A stretch of DNA of 64,000 nucleotides from Clostridia bacterium. GTDB taxonomy: Bacteria > Bacillota > Clostridia > Christensenellales > CAG-138. Positions 28,579 to 37,784 of this stretch are shown piece by piece. A program made the translations under genes and the position numbers. The notes under the pieces were generated by a model that was not told the DNA's origin, ran no database searches, and was given only the letters and a program-made list of their open reading frames with translations. The stretch lies in NCBI GenBank assembly GCA_030526425.1, contig JAUNCT010000005.1, positions 5,930-69,929 of the forward strand. Direction: 5' to 3'. Numbering within the stretch: the first letter of the stretch is position 1; the number at the start of each line of letters is the position of its first letter.

Positions 28579-29484
28579 ATGCAGTACCGGACAATGACCA
28601 TCCCGCCGGAATTTGCGGGGCGCACGGCGGAGAGTATTCTGAAAACCGAATTCGGCATGTCGAAAACGCGCATCTCCGCCCTGAAGCGCCGCGCAATGGG
28701 CGTTACGCTCAACGGAGAACGCATCTACACGACCGTCAAAGTCGCATCGGGCGATGTACTGCGGGCCGAGGCGGGTGACCTTGCGCCGGTGCCGACGGCG
28801 CCGCCCGTTCCGCTTCCGCTGGATATCGTTTTCGAGGACGAATGGCTCATGGTCCTCAACAAGCCCGCGGACCTCGCATGCCAGCCCACGCGGGACCCGG
28901 AAGAGGTCTCCGTCGAGCACGGACTTGCCGCATACCTCGGCAAGGATACCTGCGCGCACCCCGCATCGCGCCTCGATAAGATGACGAGCGGGCTGATGAC
29001 GGTCGCGAAAAGCGGTTATGTGCACGAACTGCTCAAAAAGGAGATGCATACCGAGCTTTTCCGCAAGGAATACCGCGGCATCGCAACGGGCAAGGTCGTG
29101 CCGGCGCACGGGTTCGTCAACGAACCGATCGGTTTTTTCGAGGGTTCGAGCTATCAGCGCGCGGTGCGTCCCGACGGCGCCCCGTCGCTGACCGAATTCG
29201 AAGTGCTGCTGCAGGGCGGGGGGCTGACGCTGCTCCGGCTCGTTCCGCATACAGGACGCACGCATCAGCTGCGGCTCCATATGGCGTATCTCGGGTATCC
29301 CCTTGCCGGAGATTTTCTGTACGGAACGGAGGAGAAGGAGCTGATCGGACGCGCAGCTTTGCACTCGTACGAACTGTGGCTCCGTCACCCGGTGACGGGG
29401 GAGGACCTGCACTTCACTGCATCGTTGCCGGAGGACATGCGGCGCCTGGTCGCGCGGATGGAGGACCCGGCGGAAGAAGGCTGA
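28579..29484 (+). CDS. RluA/RluD family pseudouridine synthase
   Basis: NKP, SRLDKMTSG, TGRTHQLR, GDFLYG. Confidence 0.9.
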   Translation: MQYRTMTIPPEFAGRTAESILKTEFGMSKTRISALKRRAMGVTLNGERIYTTVKVASGDVLRAEAGDLAPVPTAPPVPLPLDIVFEDEWLMVLNKPADLACQPTRDPEEVSVEHGLAAYLGKDTCAHPASRLDKMTSGLMTVAKSGYVHELLKKEMHTELFRKEYRGIATGKVVPAHGFVNEPIGFFEGSSYQRAVRPDGAPSLTEFEVLLQGGGLTLLRLVPHTGRTHQLRLHMAYLGYPLAGDFLYGTEEKELIGRAALHSYELWLRHPVTGEDLHFTASLPEDMRRLVARMEDPAEEG

Positions 29485-29565
29485 ACCGTCCGGAGTTCAC
29501 AAGTTTTCCGAAAAGCGTTCGATTTCCGACATATTCTTGCCGAAATCGGGCGGTACAATAAGTGC

Positions 29566-29731
29566 ATCGAAAGAAAGATTTCGTTTCCTCCCTTTCCTTC
29601 GCGTACCGGACGGTACGCAGGCGGCATGGCAAGAAGACCCGTTTTCCCGGCGGGGCCTGCCGCGATCATCGTTTTTCATACTTTCCCCTTTTTCCCAAGG
29701 AAAGCGCCCGTTCGCGGGCGCTTTTCTTTTT
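29566..29731 (+). ncRNA. Candidate small RNA with CU-rich anti-RBS motifs
   Basis: TACAAT at 29554, GC hairpins, single-stranded TTTCCTCCCTTTCC and TTTTTCATACTTTCCCC, intrinsic terminator 29701-29731. Confidence 0.45.
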
Positions 29732-29795
29732 CGGACGTTGAAACAACAAACAAAACAGCCGCTCAGCGGGCGGCTGTTCTTGCGTTGCGCGTTCC

Positions 29796-30215
29796 TTACG
29801 GTCTGACCGTATTGATGCCGAGGGCGGGGTCGGGTCTGCGTTCGAGTGCAGTGGGCAGCACAGTGATGAAGATCTCCGCGGTCAGGGAGATCACCGCGCG
29901 GAAGAGATGTCCCGCTTTGGTTGCGCCGCCCGCGCCCGCAAGGGTGATGTGCAGGTGCTGGTACGGCTTGCCGTCCATGACGGACAGGTTGCCCGTGAGG
30001 TTCGCGATCTCGAAATCATCCGACAGATCGATCCGGTCGTAGGTGTTGATCTTGCGGTCGAACACGCCGATGGAGGCGTCGTTCGTTGCGCCGATGCCCG
30101 TGACGGAGGCACAGGTGATGTTTTCCTTTTCCGCAACGGCAAGGATGCTCGCGGCGATCTCGTCGCCGGGGTCGAGGCGGAGAACAACGGTGTTTTCGAT
30201 GCGTTTGTATTCCAT
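29796..30215 (-). CDS. PPC/DUF296 domain protein
   Basis: LRLDPGDEI, GIGA, EIANLTGN, HLHI, GHL. Confidence 0.9.
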   Translation of the reverse strand: MEYKRIENTVVLRLDPGDEIAASILAVAEKENITCASVTGIGATNDASIGVFDRKINTYDRIDLSDDFEIANLTGNLSVMDGKPYQHLHITLAGAGGATKAGHLFRAVISLTAEIFITVLPTALERRPDPALGINTVRP

Positions 30216-30227
30216 GGGAACCCTCCT

Positions 30228-31940
30228 TCAGTGGCGGCGTTTTTTCTTGTCGTTCTTCTTTCGTGCGGGAGAATCGGAAGACCTTGCGGCGTTTTTCGAT
30301 TCCCGCGTTTCGAATTTGTCCAGAATGCCGTAGATGGCGTTGCGCAGCGCGTTGATGCTTTGGTCGCTTTCGTTTTTGAAACACTCGACCACGGCGGACA
30401 GGCGCGCAAAGGCTTTTTCGAGCTTGCGGTAAGCGGATTCGGTTTCGGCAAGCCGCTTTTCGACCGAGGACTTGGCGTCGTCGATGGCTTCTCCGTGCGG
30501 CTTTTTGACGGGGATGGGATCGGTCAGGCGGATGAGACAGTCGTTCGCGAGATCGAATTCCGTGCCGGAAGCGGGAGCCAAGGAGGGGACGCCGAGCTCG
30601 GCTTCGAGGCGCTCGGCAAAACCGACCGCAACGGTGTTTTCACCGTGGTTGACGAAGAAACGCTTCGGCTTCGGATCGAAAGCCGCGGCCCATTTCATCA
30701 GCTCCTTGCTGTCGCCGTGACCGCTGACCCCGGCAAGGATCAGGACTTCGGCCTGAACGGAGATCTTTTCGCCGAAAAGCGATACCTCCTTCGCGCCGTC
30801 GGCGAGCATGCGGCCGAGCGTGCCGGAACTTTGGTAACCGACGAACAGCACCGTGCTTTCGGGGCGCCACAGGTTGTGCTTGAGATGGTGACGGATGCGT
30901 CCCGCGTCGCACATACCGCTTGCGGAGAGGATGACCTTCGGCACGGTGTCGCTGTTGATCGCAACGGACTCCTCGCTCGAAACGGCGGTGTGCAGATCCG
31001 GGAAGGAGATGGGGTCGATGCCGCGGTCGAGAAGTGCGCGGGCGGCAGGGTCGAAGCAGGAATCGGCGTTGTCCGTGAACACGCGCGTTGCGGAAACGGC
31101 GAGCGGGCTGTCCACGTAAACGGGGAAGCCGTCGTGCCCGGTAACGAGCCCCTCTTCCTTGATCTTCCGGATGAAGTACAGCATTTCCTGTGTGCGGCCG
31201 ACCGCGAACGAGGGGATGACGACGTTGCCGCCGCGGTCGAGCGTTTTCTGGATGACCTCCGCGAGGGCAAGCGCCGTATCCGGCGGGATCGCATGCTCGC
31301 GGTTGCCGTAGGTGGATTCGATCACAACGTAATCCGCTTCGCGGATGAACTGCGGGTCGCGGAGCAGCGGCTGATCGATGTTGCCGATATCACCGGAAAA
31401 CACGAGCTTTTTCGTTTCGCCGTTTTCGGTGAGCCACAGCTCGATGGAAGCGGAGCCGAGCAGGTGCCCCGCATCGGTGAAGCGCGCTTCGATCCCTTCC
31501 GAGATCGCGAAACGTTTGTCGTAGGGGAAGCCCCGGAACAGGGAGACTGCACCCGCTGCGTCGTCGGAGTCGTACAGCGGCTCCACGGGGGGCTTTCCGG
31601 CGCGCAGGTTTTTCCGCGTCCGGTATTCCGCTTCGGCTTCCTGGATGTGGGCGCTGTCCTGCAGCATGATCTCGGACAGGTTGCGGGTCGCGTTCGTTGC
31701 GTAGATATTGCCGCGGAAACCGCGTTTGTACAGCAACGGCAACAAGCCGGAGTGGTCGATGTGCGCGTGCGTGAGCAACGCGAAGTCGAGTTCGCTTTCG
31801 GGAATGGGGCAAGGCAGGTTTTCGAAGATGTTCTTGCCCTGTTCCATTCCGCAATCCACGAGAAAGCGTTTGCCTGCCGCTTCCACGAGCGTGCAGCTGC
31901 CGGTGACTTCGCGGGTCGCGCCGAGGAATGTGATCTGCAT
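30228..31940 (-). CDS. MBL-fold beta-CASP ribonuclease
   Basis: EVTGS, THAHIDHSG, AGHLLGS, ESTYG, AVGRTQE, SGM..GR, SGHGD, NHGE. Confidence 0.92.
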   Translation of the reverse strand: MQITFLGATREVTGSCTLVEAAGKRFLVDCGMEQGKNIFENLPCPIPESELDFALLTHAHIDHSGLLPLLYKRGFRGNIYATNATRNLSEIMLQDSAHIQEAEAEYRTRKNLRAGKPPVEPLYDSDDAAGAVSLFRGFPYDKRFAISEGIEARFTDAGHLLGSASIELWLTENGETKKLVFSGDIGNIDQPLLRDPQFIREADYVVIESTYGNREHAIPPDTALALAEVIQKTLDRGGNVVIPSFAVGRTQEMLYFIRKIKEEGLVTGHDGFPVYVDSPLAVSATRVFTDNADSCFDPAARALLDRGIDPISFPDLHTAVSSEESVAINSDTVPKVILSASGMCDAGRIRHHLKHNLWRPESTVLFVGYQSSGTLGRMLADGAKEVSLFGEKISVQAEVLILAGVSGHGDSKELMKWAAAFDPKPKRFFVNHGENTVAVGFAERLEAELGVPSLAPASGTEFDLANDCLIRLTDPIPVKKPHGEAIDDAKSSVEKRLAETESAYRKLEKAFARLSAVVECFKNESDQSINALRNAIYGILDKFETRESKNAARSSDSPARKKNDKKKRRH

Positions 31941-31973
31941 GGATGTTCCTCCTTGATGAAGAGCGTCGGTTGG

Positions 31974-33008
31974 TTACAGTGCGTTGATATCGGCGATGAG
32001 CGCGTCGACGGTCTCGTCGGCGGTCGCCCAGCTGGTGCATACGCGGAAAGCCGTGCGCCCGGGACCGGGTTTGCGCATTACGGAGAACACGTATGTTTCG
32101 GCGAGTTTTGCGAACGCCTCGTCGGGCATTTCGAAGAACTGCTGGTTTGTCATGGAACTGCCGAGCGGCGTGAAACCTTTGCCGGCAAGAGCCTCACGGA
32201 TACGGACGGCCTGCGCGGAGGCCTTTTTGCCGAGTTCGAAGTACAAGCCGTTTTCGAACAGGGTCTCGAACTGCACGCCCATGAGACGCCCCTTGGCGAG
32301 GATCGACAGGTTTTGCTTCATGTGATAGCGGAAATCCTTCTTGAGCGCTTCGCTGCGGATGCAGACTGCTTCACCGAACAGGGCGCCGACCTTCGTGCCG
32401 CCGATATAAAACACATCCGCAAGGGCGGCGAGCCGCGGTAACGTCACGTCGTTTCCCGGGGCCCCGATGCCGTAGCCGAGCCGCGCGCCGTCGACGAAGA
32501 GCAACAGGTCCCAACGGTCGCATACGGTGCGGATGGCGGTAAGCTCCGCATCGGTGTACAGCGTGCCGGTCTCCGTTGGGAAGGAGATGTAGACCATTGC
32601 GGGCGGAACGATGTAATCGTGCGTATCGTCGGCGTAATATTCGGCGCAATAGGTGTCGATCTGCGCTGCGGAAATCTTGCCGTCGGTGTTCGGTACCGTG
32701 AGCACCTTGTGCCCGGTGTGTTCGACCGCGCCCGCTTCGTGGACGGCGATGTGTCCGGTATCGGCACTGAGAACGCCCTGGTGCGAACGCAGCGCCGCGG
32801 CGATCACGGTGACGTTCGCCTGGGTACCGCCCGGCAGAAAGTGAACGTCGAGGGCGTCATTTTCGCAGGCTTTCCGGATCAGCGCGCGGGCGTTGTCGCA
32901 ATGCGGGTCGAGCCCGTAACCGCAACACTGTTCCATATTGGTTTCGAGCAGGCGCTGCATCAGCGCGGGATGCGCGCCTTCGGTATAATCACATTCAAAA
33001 CGGATCAT
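31974..33008 (-). CDS. Low-specificity L-threonine aldolase
   Basis: CDYTEGAHP, GGTQAN, HEAGA, DGARL, GGTKVGA. Confidence 0.9.
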   Translation of the reverse strand: MIRFECDYTEGAHPALMQRLLETNMEQCCGYGLDPHCDNARALIRKACENDALDVHFLPGGTQANVTVIAAALRSHQGVLSADTGHIAVHEAGAVEHTGHKVLTVPNTDGKISAAQIDTYCAEYYADDTHDYIVPPAMVYISFPTETGTLYTDAELTAIRTVCDRWDLLLFVDGARLGYGIGAPGNDVTLPRLAALADVFYIGGTKVGALFGEAVCIRSEALKKDFRYHMKQNLSILAKGRLMGVQFETLFENGLYFELGKKASAQAVRIREALAGKGFTPLGSSMTNQQFFEMPDEAFAKLAETYVFSVMRKPGPGRTAFRVCTSWATADETVDALIADINAL

Positions 33009-33224
33009 GGGATGGTTGCCTCTTTTCGGTGATATTGCGGAATGATATGTGCTCCGGTCATCCCGGACCGGGAGAACGGATGCGGGTGCTTGTTTCGGTT
33101 CAAGTATAGCACGCATGCGGGGGCTTGGAAAGAAGCGGAGCGCCGGCGGAAAGGGGGCGGAGCAAAAGAAAAAACCGGAGTGCTCGACTCCGGTTGTGTG
33201 ATTCGGAAACAATGCGGTCGGGGT

Positions 33225-34058
33225 TTACGACTCGAATCCCATCATGATGCCGCCGCGTTCCGCATAATAGCTGCACAGACCGCGCGACGGGTAGAATTTC
33301 ACATCCGCTCCGGGGAAACGGTCGCGGATGGCGGCGGAAAGCTCGGTTGCGGCGGTCTCGTTCTGACAGTGACCGATGCGGACGCTGCCGCCCTTGTAAC
33401 CGAACCGCTCCATCTCGTTCAAAAGGAAAGCGCGGGCTTTTGCGGCGCCGCGGCATTTGCCGAGCATTTCGAGCTTGCCTTCCGCACTCGCCTGACCGAT
33501 CGCGCGGATCCCGAGTACGCCGGCCATCGTTGCGACGAGTTTGCTGACACGACCGTTTTGCGCAAGGTTGTGCATCGATTCCAGGGAGAAGAGCAGATGG
33601 GTGCGTTCCTTGTACGCTTCGACGGCGCGGAAGGCCTCATCGGCGTCCATTCCGGCGTTTGCGCAAGCGCGTGCCTTTTCGATGAGAAGGGCGATTTCGG
33701 GCCCTGCGGAAAGCGAGTCGACGACATGGATGCGGCGGGAAGGGTCGTGCTCCAAACAGTTGTTTCTTGCGGACTGCGCGGAATTGTAACTGCCGGAAAG
33801 ACCACTGGTGATCGTGAAGGCGATGACGTCGCCGCTTTCGCCGAAAGCGTCCTCCCAATCCGCAACGCCCGGGCACGCACTGTAAGAGCGGCTCTTGGTG
33901 TTGAGAAGGGTTTGGACCATCGCGTCGACATCGAGGGAAGCGTCGTCGCGGAATTCCACAGTATCCGTGCGGATCGTCAGCGGGATGCCGACAAAATCCG
34001 CGCCATCCAAAGCAAGCAGATCGCAGGCGGAGTCTGCGACGATGCGAAACCGATTCAT
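33225..34058 (-). CDS. DegV family fatty-acid-binding protein
   Basis: IVADSACDL, ITSGLSGSYNSA, DSLSAG, NGRV. Confidence 0.9.
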   Translation of the reverse strand: MNRFRIVADSACDLLALDGADFVGIPLTIRTDTVEFRDDASLDVDAMVQTLLNTKSRSYSACPGVADWEDAFGESGDVIAFTITSGLSGSYNSAQSARNNCLEHDPSRRIHVVDSLSAGPEIALLIEKARACANAGMDADEAFRAVEAYKERTHLLFSLESMHNLAQNGRVSKLVATMAGVLGIRAIGQASAEGKLEMLGKCRGAAKARAFLLNEMERFGYKGGSVRIGHCQNETAATELSAAIRDRFPGADVKFYPSRGLCSYYAERGGIMMGFES

Positions 34059-34233
34059 GTGTTTGTACCTCCCGGGCGCGAGTGCGCTGTTCTCTGACAG
34101 GGTGCCTGTTGGTTTGAATACTATCAGTTCCGACAGATTTTGTCAACGGTTTTTGAAAAACCGATAAAGGGATTTAATAAAACTGTTGAAATAGAATGAA
34201 AAACGGGTTAAAATAGGCGGATAAAGGAAGTGA

Positions 34234-34740
34234 ATGAACATGAATCCGGAAGAATTCCGTTTGCCGCGCTACGAACAGATCCCCGATGTCGGGTTGTATC
34301 TGGAACAGGTGGTGCGCTATATCAATTCCAGACTCGAACCGTTGGGCGGGCAGCGGCTGACGGCGTCGATGGTGAGCAACTACGTCAAACAGAAACTGAT
34401 CCACGCGCCGCAGAAAAAACTGTATACCGCAGAACATTTGGCTCTGTTGCTGTTCATAGCCGTCGTCAAGTCTGTGGTGCCTTTGGAAGGCTTGCGGATG
34501 CTGTTCGAGATACAGGGGGAATGCTGCTCCCTGCAGGCCGCCTACGACTTTTTCTGCGATGAGTTCGAAAGCATGCTCGGCGCATCGTTCGGCGCCGTAC
34601 CCGTGCGGGAGGATACCGATGGGAGCCGCCGCGAGGAAAAGGAACTGCTGCGGAATGCGATCGCCGCCGTTGTGGGGAAGATCCGTCTCGACCGGAACCT
34701 CGAAGAGTACCGGAAACAGCGTGAGGAAGCGACCCGTTGA
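34234..34740 (+). CDS. DUF1836 family transcriptional regulator
   Basis: LPRYEQIPDVGLYLEQV...LTASMVSNYVK; divergent from degV. Confidence 0.9.
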   Translation: MNMNPEEFRLPRYEQIPDVGLYLEQVVRYINSRLEPLGGQRLTASMVSNYVKQKLIHAPQKKLYTAEHLALLLFIAVVKSVVPLEGLRMLFEIQGECCSLQAAYDFFCDEFESMLGASFGAVPVREDTDGSRREEKELLRNAIAAVVGKIRLDRNLEEYRKQREEATR

Positions 34741-34767
34741 CACGGAACTGCCTTTGCACGCCCGAGG

Positions 34768-34894
34768 TTGACCGGCGGACATCGTTTATTATAATATTAT
34801 GGGTACCAACGCCGGGGCGGAAATGCGTTTTCGAACAGGACCCGGCGGAAGCGGTTGACAACGCGGGGCGGATACGGAGCCCCGCTCTTTTCTT
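34768..34894 (+). promoter_or_regulatory. Promoter + structured leader + attenuator terminator upstream of mntP (candidate riboswitch)
   Basis: TTGACC-16-TATAAT; stem CGCCGGG/CCCGGCG; terminator GCGGGGC/GCCCCGC + T-tract ending about 57 nt before the GTG. Confidence 0.6.
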
Positions 34895-34951
34895 GCGGTG
34901 GAATCCGGGGCTTGGGCGCCGGACGCGCATACCGGACGGAGGAGGATATCG

Positions 34952-35539
34952 GTGGATACGGCATTTTTTTTGAACAGCGCATTGCTCGGTGTGGGGCTGG
35001 CAATGGACGCGTTTTCGGTTTCCCTTGCAAACGGTTTGAATGAACCGCGGATGGGCATCGGCAAGCAATGCGGTATCGCGGGGACATTCGCGTTTTTCCA
35101 GGCGTTCATGCCGATGACAGGCTGGTTTTTCGTGCATACCGCCGCATCGTATTTCACGGCGTTTCAAAAATTCATTCCGTGGATCGCACTGGCTTTGCTC
35201 GCGTACATCGGCGGTAAGATGCTGCTTGAGGGCATCCGCGGCGGAGAGGAGAACGAAGCGACAGATCGTGCGCTGACCTTTTCGGTGCTGATGGTGCAGG
35301 GCGTTGCGACGAGTATCGACGCGCTGTCGGTCGGGTTTACGATCGCCGGGTATGATTGGAAGGCAGCGCTTGCGGCATCCTGTGTGATCGCGGCGGTGAC
35401 TTTCGCGATTTCCGCTGCAGGCGTTTCGATCGGAAAGAAATTCGGCACCAAGCTTTCGGGAAAGGCGGCGATCCTCGGCGGCGCGATCCTCATTGCGATC
35501 GGTCTCGAGATCTTCATCAAAGGCGTCTTCTTTTCCTGA
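34952..35539 (+). CDS. mntP: Manganese efflux pump MntP family
   Basis: LAMDAFSVS and ATSIDALSVG repeats; GTG start after GGAGGAGG. Confidence 0.9.
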   Translation: MDTAFFLNSALLGVGLAMDAFSVSLANGLNEPRMGIGKQCGIAGTFAFFQAFMPMTGWFFVHTAASYFTAFQKFIPWIALALLAYIGGKMLLEGIRGGEENEATDRALTFSVLMVQGVATSIDALSVGFTIAGYDWKAALAASCVIAAVTFAISAAGVSIGKKFGTKLSGKAAILGGAILIAIGLEIFIKGVFFS

Positions 35540-35717
35540 CATATAATTAATACGGTTGCGAAAGGGACTTCCCGCGGGAAGCCCCTTTCGTGCTGCTTGC
35601 GGGGTTGCGGTTGCCACTGGTGGAAAACACCGAAACGGAAATTTATGAACAAATTATGAATGTGAAAAAAAGTACTTGCATTTTGTTTTCGGACGAGTAT
35701 AATAATGATTGCGCCGT

Positions 35718-35794
35718 GGGGTTATAGCTCAGCTGGTTAGAGCGCTACGTTGACATCGTAGAGGTCATAGGTTCGATTCCTATTAATCCCACCA
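35718..35794 (+). tRNA. tRNA-Val (GAC)
   Basis: GGGGTTA/TAATCCC-A-CCA; anticodon arm CTACG-TTGACAT-CGTAG; promoter TTGCAT...TATAAT upstream. Confidence 0.97.
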
Positions 35795-35799
35795 TTTGT

Positions 35800-35976
35800 T
35801 TTTCCTGGACTGTACGCGACGTCCTTCGGCTATAAACCCTCATTTATATGCCGGGAGCAACAATAAAGGCATGCGACGAGCACGCCCGCTGCGAGTGGGA
35901 AGCTTCGACTGCCGGCGTTGCGCCCACCTGCCTTTGGGCGGGTATTATAGCATGGATGAGCGGCAATTTGGGAAAA
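35800..35976 (+). ncRNA. ssrS: Probable 6S RNA
   Basis: About 177-nt rod: CGTCC/GGATG, GCTATAA/TTATAGC, ACCC/GGGT, central bubble, GCCGG-GAGC/GCTT..CCGGC; GGGAGC and CCCACCTG..GCGGGT motifs as recalled for Firmicute 6S. Confidence 0.65.
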
Positions 35977-35996
35977 CGTCCGAAAATCGGACATAT

Positions 35997-36070
35997 TGCG
36001 GAATTGTGTAATGGTAGCACCTACGACTCTGACTCGTATTGTCTAGGTTCGAATCCTAGTTCCGCAGCCA
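35997..36070 (+). tRNA. tRNA-Gln (CTG)
   Basis: TGCGGAA/TTCCGCA-G-CCA; anticodon arm TACGA-CTCTGAC-TCGTA. Confidence 0.96.
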
Positions 36071-36181
36071 AAGAGACTTGCGATGCAGGTCTTTTTTGTT
36101 TTTCAAAAGCCCGGATGCGAATGTTTCCGTTTCGTGACATTTTCCGCCGTCCCGTTGAAAACGGGGCGGCTTTTTTGCATA

Positions 36182-36853
36182 ATGGGAAAAAACGAAAGGC
36201 GGGCGTTGCCTGTGCGGTGGAAGCGGAAACTTGCGGCGGCAGGTACTGCCGTCGTTGCGGGCGTGTGCATGCTGTTCGCGTTGCACACGGAAACGCCGGA
36301 ACCGCGGCAGGAAAGCACGCAAGGCATTTCCGTATGCGGGAAGAGCGGATCCCCGCGGGAGCACGCGCTGCCCTCCTGGGAGGCGGAAGAAACAAGACGC
36401 GATGCAGCGCGGCGGAGATTCTTCGGCCTGCCCGCGTGGCTGAAAACGCTGTGGACCTTGCCCGCGTGGTGCATCGGGAAGCTGTTGCTGTTCCTGTTCC
36501 GAAAGTCGTTCCCGTTCGTTTCGCCGTTCGTTGCATCGGTTGCGGAGTTCGTTCTCGGAACATTGTTGCTTGCGGCGTGGTTCGGCTTGGTTTGGAAGCT
36601 CTTGTTTCCGGAACGTCCGCTCCGCACGCTGTTTCGGAACGGCAGATGGCGGTGGATCCCGGTCGGCGCCGCCGTTTGCATCTGCGGGGACCGGTTGCTC
36701 ACATTGCTTTCGGAGGATTGGCGCCGGATGCGCATCCTGCTCGGAGCCGTGCTTACGGCGTCGGTGATGACGCTGCTGTACGCACGCTTGTTCCGGAAGG
36801 TCCCGCCACCGCATAAGAAGATCAATACCATCGATATCCAACGGGTGGAATGA
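36182..36853 (+). CDS. Hypothetical membrane protein
   Basis: Several hydrophobic segments; co-directional with the DUF4230 gene; start uncertain. Confidence 0.55.
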   Translation: MGKNERRALPVRWKRKLAAAGTAVVAGVCMLFALHTETPEPRQESTQGISVCGKSGSPREHALPSWEAEETRRDAARRRFFGLPAWLKTLWTLPAWCIGKLLLFLFRKSFPFVSPFVASVAEFVLGTLLLAAWFGLVWKLLFPERPLRTLFRNGRWRWIPVGAAVCICGDRLLTLLSEDWRRMRILLGAVLTASVMTLLYARLFRKVPPPHKKINTIDIQRVE

Positions 36854-36874
36854 AGCCCGGAAACGGAGGAACCC

Positions 36875-37744
36875 ATGGAAAGACCCCGAAAGCGACGCCG
36901 GGAGACCCCGGGCGAGCGCTATTATGCGATCACCCACCGGAACGGAGAAGCCCCGGAAGAATGCTTCGGGGAATATCCCCGGAAGGGCAGACCGCGTGCG
37001 GATTTGGATGAGATCACCGAAGCGGTGGCGCGCGGTGTCGTCCGAGGGAACAAACGCGTGCGCAGGATGCGGAGGATCCGCAGGCTCATCTTTTGGACAT
37101 CGGTGCTTCTGATGGCGGCGCTGGCACTGCTTGCGTGGCGCAACAAAGCGTTTTTGGCTTCGGCGGACGCGGTACTCGGTACGGGTGCCGTGCAGTCGAA
37201 GGTCGATTACAAGCAGCTCCTGCTCGGGGACGCCGTCCCCCGCGGGATGTTCGTGGTGCTCGAGCAGGAGGCGCGGGCCGAAAGCTCGGTTTCGCAGGCG
37301 GTGCTCGGACTCGATTGGTTCAAGGTCACGCGGACGCTGCGCGCACCCGCGAAGGGTTGCTTTGCCGTCGATCTTGCGGCGTTGACCGAAACCGATATTA
37401 TCGTGAACCCGTCGGTACGGACGCTGACGGTGACCGTGCCGCCCGCGGTGCTGTATACCTTCGAGTGCGATCTGTCCGCCGCGAGTTTTGAGGACACGGA
37501 GCGCGGACTGCTTGCCATCGGCGATCTTTCGCTGACGATGGAACAGAACGCCGCCCTTGCGGGAACACTCGACGAGGCGTGCCGGGAGGCGTTCCGCGAC
37601 CCCGCGGTGCTCGACAAGGCGGACGCGCTTGCGGTCGAAAAACTGACGGCGTTGTTCGGCACCGTCGTGCACACGGCAGACCCGGGGATGACTGTCATCG
37701 TGAAGGTCGGACCGCGCGCGGAAACGGCAGCGAAATCGGAATAA
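36875..37744 (+). CDS. DUF4230-like membrane-anchored protein
   Basis: RBS GGAGG; TM helix, then G.FAVDL...LTVTVPPA pattern. Confidence 0.65.
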   Translation: MERPRKRRRETPGERYYAITHRNGEAPEECFGEYPRKGRPRADLDEITEAVARGVVRGNKRVRRMRRIRRLIFWTSVLLMAALALLAWRNKAFLASADAVLGTGAVQSKVDYKQLLLGDAVPRGMFVVLEQEARAESSVSQAVLGLDWFKVTRTLRAPAKGCFAVDLAALTETDIIVNPSVRTLTVTVPPAVLYTFECDLSAASFEDTERGLLAIGDLSLTMEQNAALAGTLDEACREAFRDPAVLDKADALAVEKLTALFGTVVHTADPGMTVIVKVGPRAETAAKSE

Positions 37745-37784
37745 ACGATGAGGGCGCAGGGCGCCCTTTTTTGGACGGAGGCGA

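Noticed and set aside
1886-35650. AATTTATGAAC shared by two promoter regions (1886 and 35640)
   Set aside because: An 11-mer in AT-rich intergenic DNA with only two copies is too weak to call a regulon.
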